Assembly (NCBI GenBank): GCA_001938485.1
Contig: MQRK01181505.1
Span: 1-55,626 of the forward strand
Reading direction: 5' to 3'
Length of the DNA stretch: 55,626 nucleotides
Source: Girardia tigrina
Lineage: Eukaryota
Position 1 is the first letter of the stretch, and every line of letters begins with the position of its first letter. This document shows positions 52,137-55,626 of the stretch, one piece after another. The notes beneath the pieces were generated by a model. That model saw nothing but the letters and a program-made list of their open reading frames with translations. It searched no databases and was not told the DNA's origin. A program made the translations under genes and the position numbers.

Positions 52137-52398
52137 TAGCACTGGAGTATCCTCTTTCCATAGGAAAAAGATGATGGCACGCTGAGAACGTACTGCGTCT
52201 TCCATGTGTTAAACAAAAATGAAAACACTGCCTATGGCAGTTTCCTCTATGCTGCTCACAGGATGCATGGACAAATGCCACTTTTGCTCGATTTCTATTG
52301 ACTGGTAAGTACATCCCGCCATCTGTCCCTCTGTAAGATGCACACACTCGCGCACACCCGCATATAAGTATTTCCACTTACTTTCGGAACGCCCCTCG
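52137..52398 (-). mobile_element. Mariner 5' end (TIR plus transposase start)
   Basis: TA|CGAGGGGCGTTCCGAAAGTAAG TIR; MEDAVRSQRAIIFFLWKED. Confidence 0.8.
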
Positions 52399-53776
52399 TA
52401 GTTAATAATGACCGGGGTTTATGTCTGACGGTACCAACTATTAGTCTTCACTGTTATGATTTGCTTGATTGAGGGAAAAAGAAGAAATACATGAATATAT
52501 AAATTTTTATAAATTCGGAAATATAAGTGACTTATGTTTCTACAATTTTTGTTACTAAAATTTATAAGTTTAGGGTCTTCATATTGCTAGAAAAGAAGAT
52601 TACGGTACAATCTCAAATTTATTATAATTTTCAAATTTTCATTCAACTTTAATGCCCAACTTGCCAAACCCAACGACAATTAACAACTTTTTTTGATTAT
52701 AAAAATATAAAAAAAAATAGAAATATATATAAATTTTTATAAAAATTTGTTAAAACGGATATTTTCAACGGACAATAAACTTGTCGATCTATTTAGAACA
52801 AATTATGTAGTGCAGGTAATAAATGATTTTTGCGGAGACATATTTATTTCTCGGAGTATAATAATGTTAAAACACGATTAAATTTTATGAATCTCATTAA
52901 AAAATAAACGAAAACTGGAACTCATACATTTAAAAAAAATAAAAGATTTCGAACTAACTCGTTTTATAATGTTACTATTTGAAGGTTAAAGTAAAAGAGA
53001 AAGCGTTTGGAATTTAGTAGTGGGAGAGAAGAATATATTTAGTCTCCATGTTAACAATATCAACCTTTTAACTCTAGTCTTCTATTTTCTTGTTCAAAGT
53101 GATTATTATATATGTGATAAATATTTTACATTGTATGTGAATGCTGTATTCATTTTTTTCTTATTATTTTTAATAATCGATGTATTTTATCATTTGAAAC
53201 AACGATTACTGTAAAAATGTACGAGAACTTGAAAACTGATAACAAATTGCAATGGGTGGTTCGAACCATTGATGCCATGTCGAATCACAAGAGATTCTCG
53301 TAGTTTCCTCACAATCGGTCTTTCGTAGGACCCCACATGCAATTCCGCACCGGTCCTTGTAGATTGAATTCACTGACCAGGTCCCAGCAGTGTCCAAAGA
53401 GCTGAGACCTATGACTGCCACCAATCCGGCCGCCTTCTAAGACAGAGACTCCATGGCGGTACGATGATGTTGTTTAACAGCCGGGGCGAGCTCCAGGACT
53501 ACCTCAGGCTAACGAGGCTTCACGCAATCCAGTGTTTAAGCACACTGCTAATGGGAGCAGTTAACCGGACTATATTTACTATCATTGACTAGTTGAACAT
53601 CATTAAGATAAAATAACAAAATGATAATAATCTAATAAGTTTAAAATTTAGAATTAAACATTAAAATGAATTTTAACAACTTTTTTTAAAAAAAGTATTC
53701 AAATTGATATAAATGTTTTTTTGCGGAAGATTTGTAAACACCTTTCTTAATTTAACCGTCTTATAAATATAAATAT

Positions 53777-53781
<5 letters not shown>

Positions 53782-53807
<26 letters not shown>

Positions 53808-53857
53808 NNNNNNNNNNNNNNNNNNNNNNNNNNNNNNNNNNNNNNNNNNNNNNNNNN

Positions 53858-53905
<48 letters not shown>
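53782..53905. repeat. (TA)n microsatellite around a gap
   Basis: Seen directly; similar tracts lie at 12287-12310, 26313-26354, 26824-26908 and 55594-55626. Confidence 0.9.
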
Positions 53906-53908
<3 letters not shown>

Positions 53909-55589
53909 ATTTTAATAATCCTTTTTTAATTCATATTTATTATTTTTATATCAACAAAAATTAAAATATCTTAAATTGATATAATATTCCTTACATATTA
54001 TTATTATATTTTTTGAAGATACTCTTAATGATTATCGGGCATCAATTACAATTAATTATCAAATAATCATTAAGACAATTCTTGATTTTTATTATAATAT
54101 TATTATTAATTCTTAATAAAAAAACATTCCAGATCTTTTTTAATATGTAAGAAAAAGATTTTTTACAATAAATTTAATACCAAATATTATATACATAAAA
54201 CATGCTAAAATAAGAACGCTTTTCATAAAAAAGGAATAATGATACCCATTCTTGTCGAAGCACCATTAAAAGATTTTTTCTATCGATAGAAGATTAATCT
54301 ATCTAATCTAACTATTTTATTTCACACAAAATAAATGTAAAAAGTTCTATTTAATTTTTCCAATGTTTTAAATTATTAAAATAATTAAAAAATTTTTTAT
54401 TAATAATAATAAGTTTTATTAGTTTAATTAAAGTTCTAATAAAATAATAATGAAAAATAAAAGTAAGTTAATAATTGATTAATTAAAATAATAATTAAAG
54501 GAATATTAAAGTATAAACTTTTATATTATTATTGTTTTTTATCATATAATGCAATTAAAAAAAAATTAAGTATTATTTTGTTTAAATGAAGCATACCAAT
54601 GTCGTCTGGAGAGTCATTGGTATTCGGAGAATGTTGTCCTTTGGATAAGGTCGATGTTAAAATCAAATTTTCAACAAGATTTTGCTTCCATTTTTTGTTA
54701 CGAAACATTTTTATTTAATTTAATATTTTTCGGTAAAATATTATTTTTTATTATAAATCATATTGTAATTTGATTGGATATTTTTTTACATTATTTTTTT
54801 ATAAATAAAATTTATTGAAAATTTAAAATAAATTAATAAATATGAATTATTATTAAATATATTTACTAAATCTAAATATTATTATCAAAATGTTATAAAT
54901 ATTTTGTTTTATATTCTTCCCTTTGTTTTATCCACAGTTGGACAAAACGTTGAGTCCATCTTATCATGGCCGAATTACTCACTCAAAAGGATCAGACGAA
55001 AACGACAGTAAAATGCGAATGTATTTATGCAAAATATTGAATACTATTTCAATAGAAATGAAAACAATATTTTGTTTTAAATAAATGAATATTATTTAAA
55101 CAATTTATTAAAAACAATTTTTAATTTATGAGGAGATAGTTAAAATTTGTAAATAGCCAAAATAATTTATTAATGTTTTTAAATTTGCAAATTTTAAAAT
55201 ATTAAAAATATACAAAAAGTTTTAAAATTAAAAAGGATCTTTAAAGAAATACAAACAAAAATAAATAATTATATGAAAAACAAAAAAAATGTTTATATTC
55301 ATAACAATTGATATATTAAGAATATTTACACCAGTCTCGTTTGTTCGCGGTGTAATTGTGAAAATTGTAATAAGATGTTTGTTAAAATTGAAGTTGATGC
55401 TGTTGATTCTTCAAAAGTTGAAGCCTGGTTGGTTCAAGGAGGTGGAATTGTTCGCGCTGTGATTGTCTTTGACCCTTACTTGAGCCCAATTTAAATTAAA
55501 ATTAAACAAAGTAAAAAATTTAAATTAAATATAAAATAAGTAAATTAAATCAAACAAATTTTTAAACAAGTAAATTAAATAAATAATTA

Positions 55590-55626
<37 letters not shown>

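Noticed and set aside
53210-53580. GC-rich island with a B-box-like GGTTCGAACC
   Set aside because: No cloverleaf, A box, TIR pair or coding motif could be supported

Overview
Very AT-rich eukaryotic (metazoan) genomic DNA with several N gaps, short GT-AG introns and (TA)n tracts. It is tentatively from a free-living flatworm, which is an inference only. Most of the window is decayed transposons: one full-length dead mariner plus mariner/Tc1 fragments, piggyBac derivatives, an intron-containing Chapaev3-type transposase, MULE and hAT remnants, Helitron 3' ends, MITEs, and several Penelope-like (GIY-YIG) fragments accompanied by minimal hammerhead ribozyme motifs. Manual splicing recovers one apparently intact 4-exon gene (34759-40481, +) encoding a 283-aa Src-family SH3-SH2 protein that stops where the kinase domain should begin. 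Other host-gene pieces are two PAR-3-like PDZ exons, an INPP5B/OCRL PH-domain exon, a BTBD19 pseudogene and a split STIP1 TPR2A fragment. A 28S rRNA fragment sits between two copies of a palindromic MITE. All family calls come from motif recognition by eye; no database search was run.
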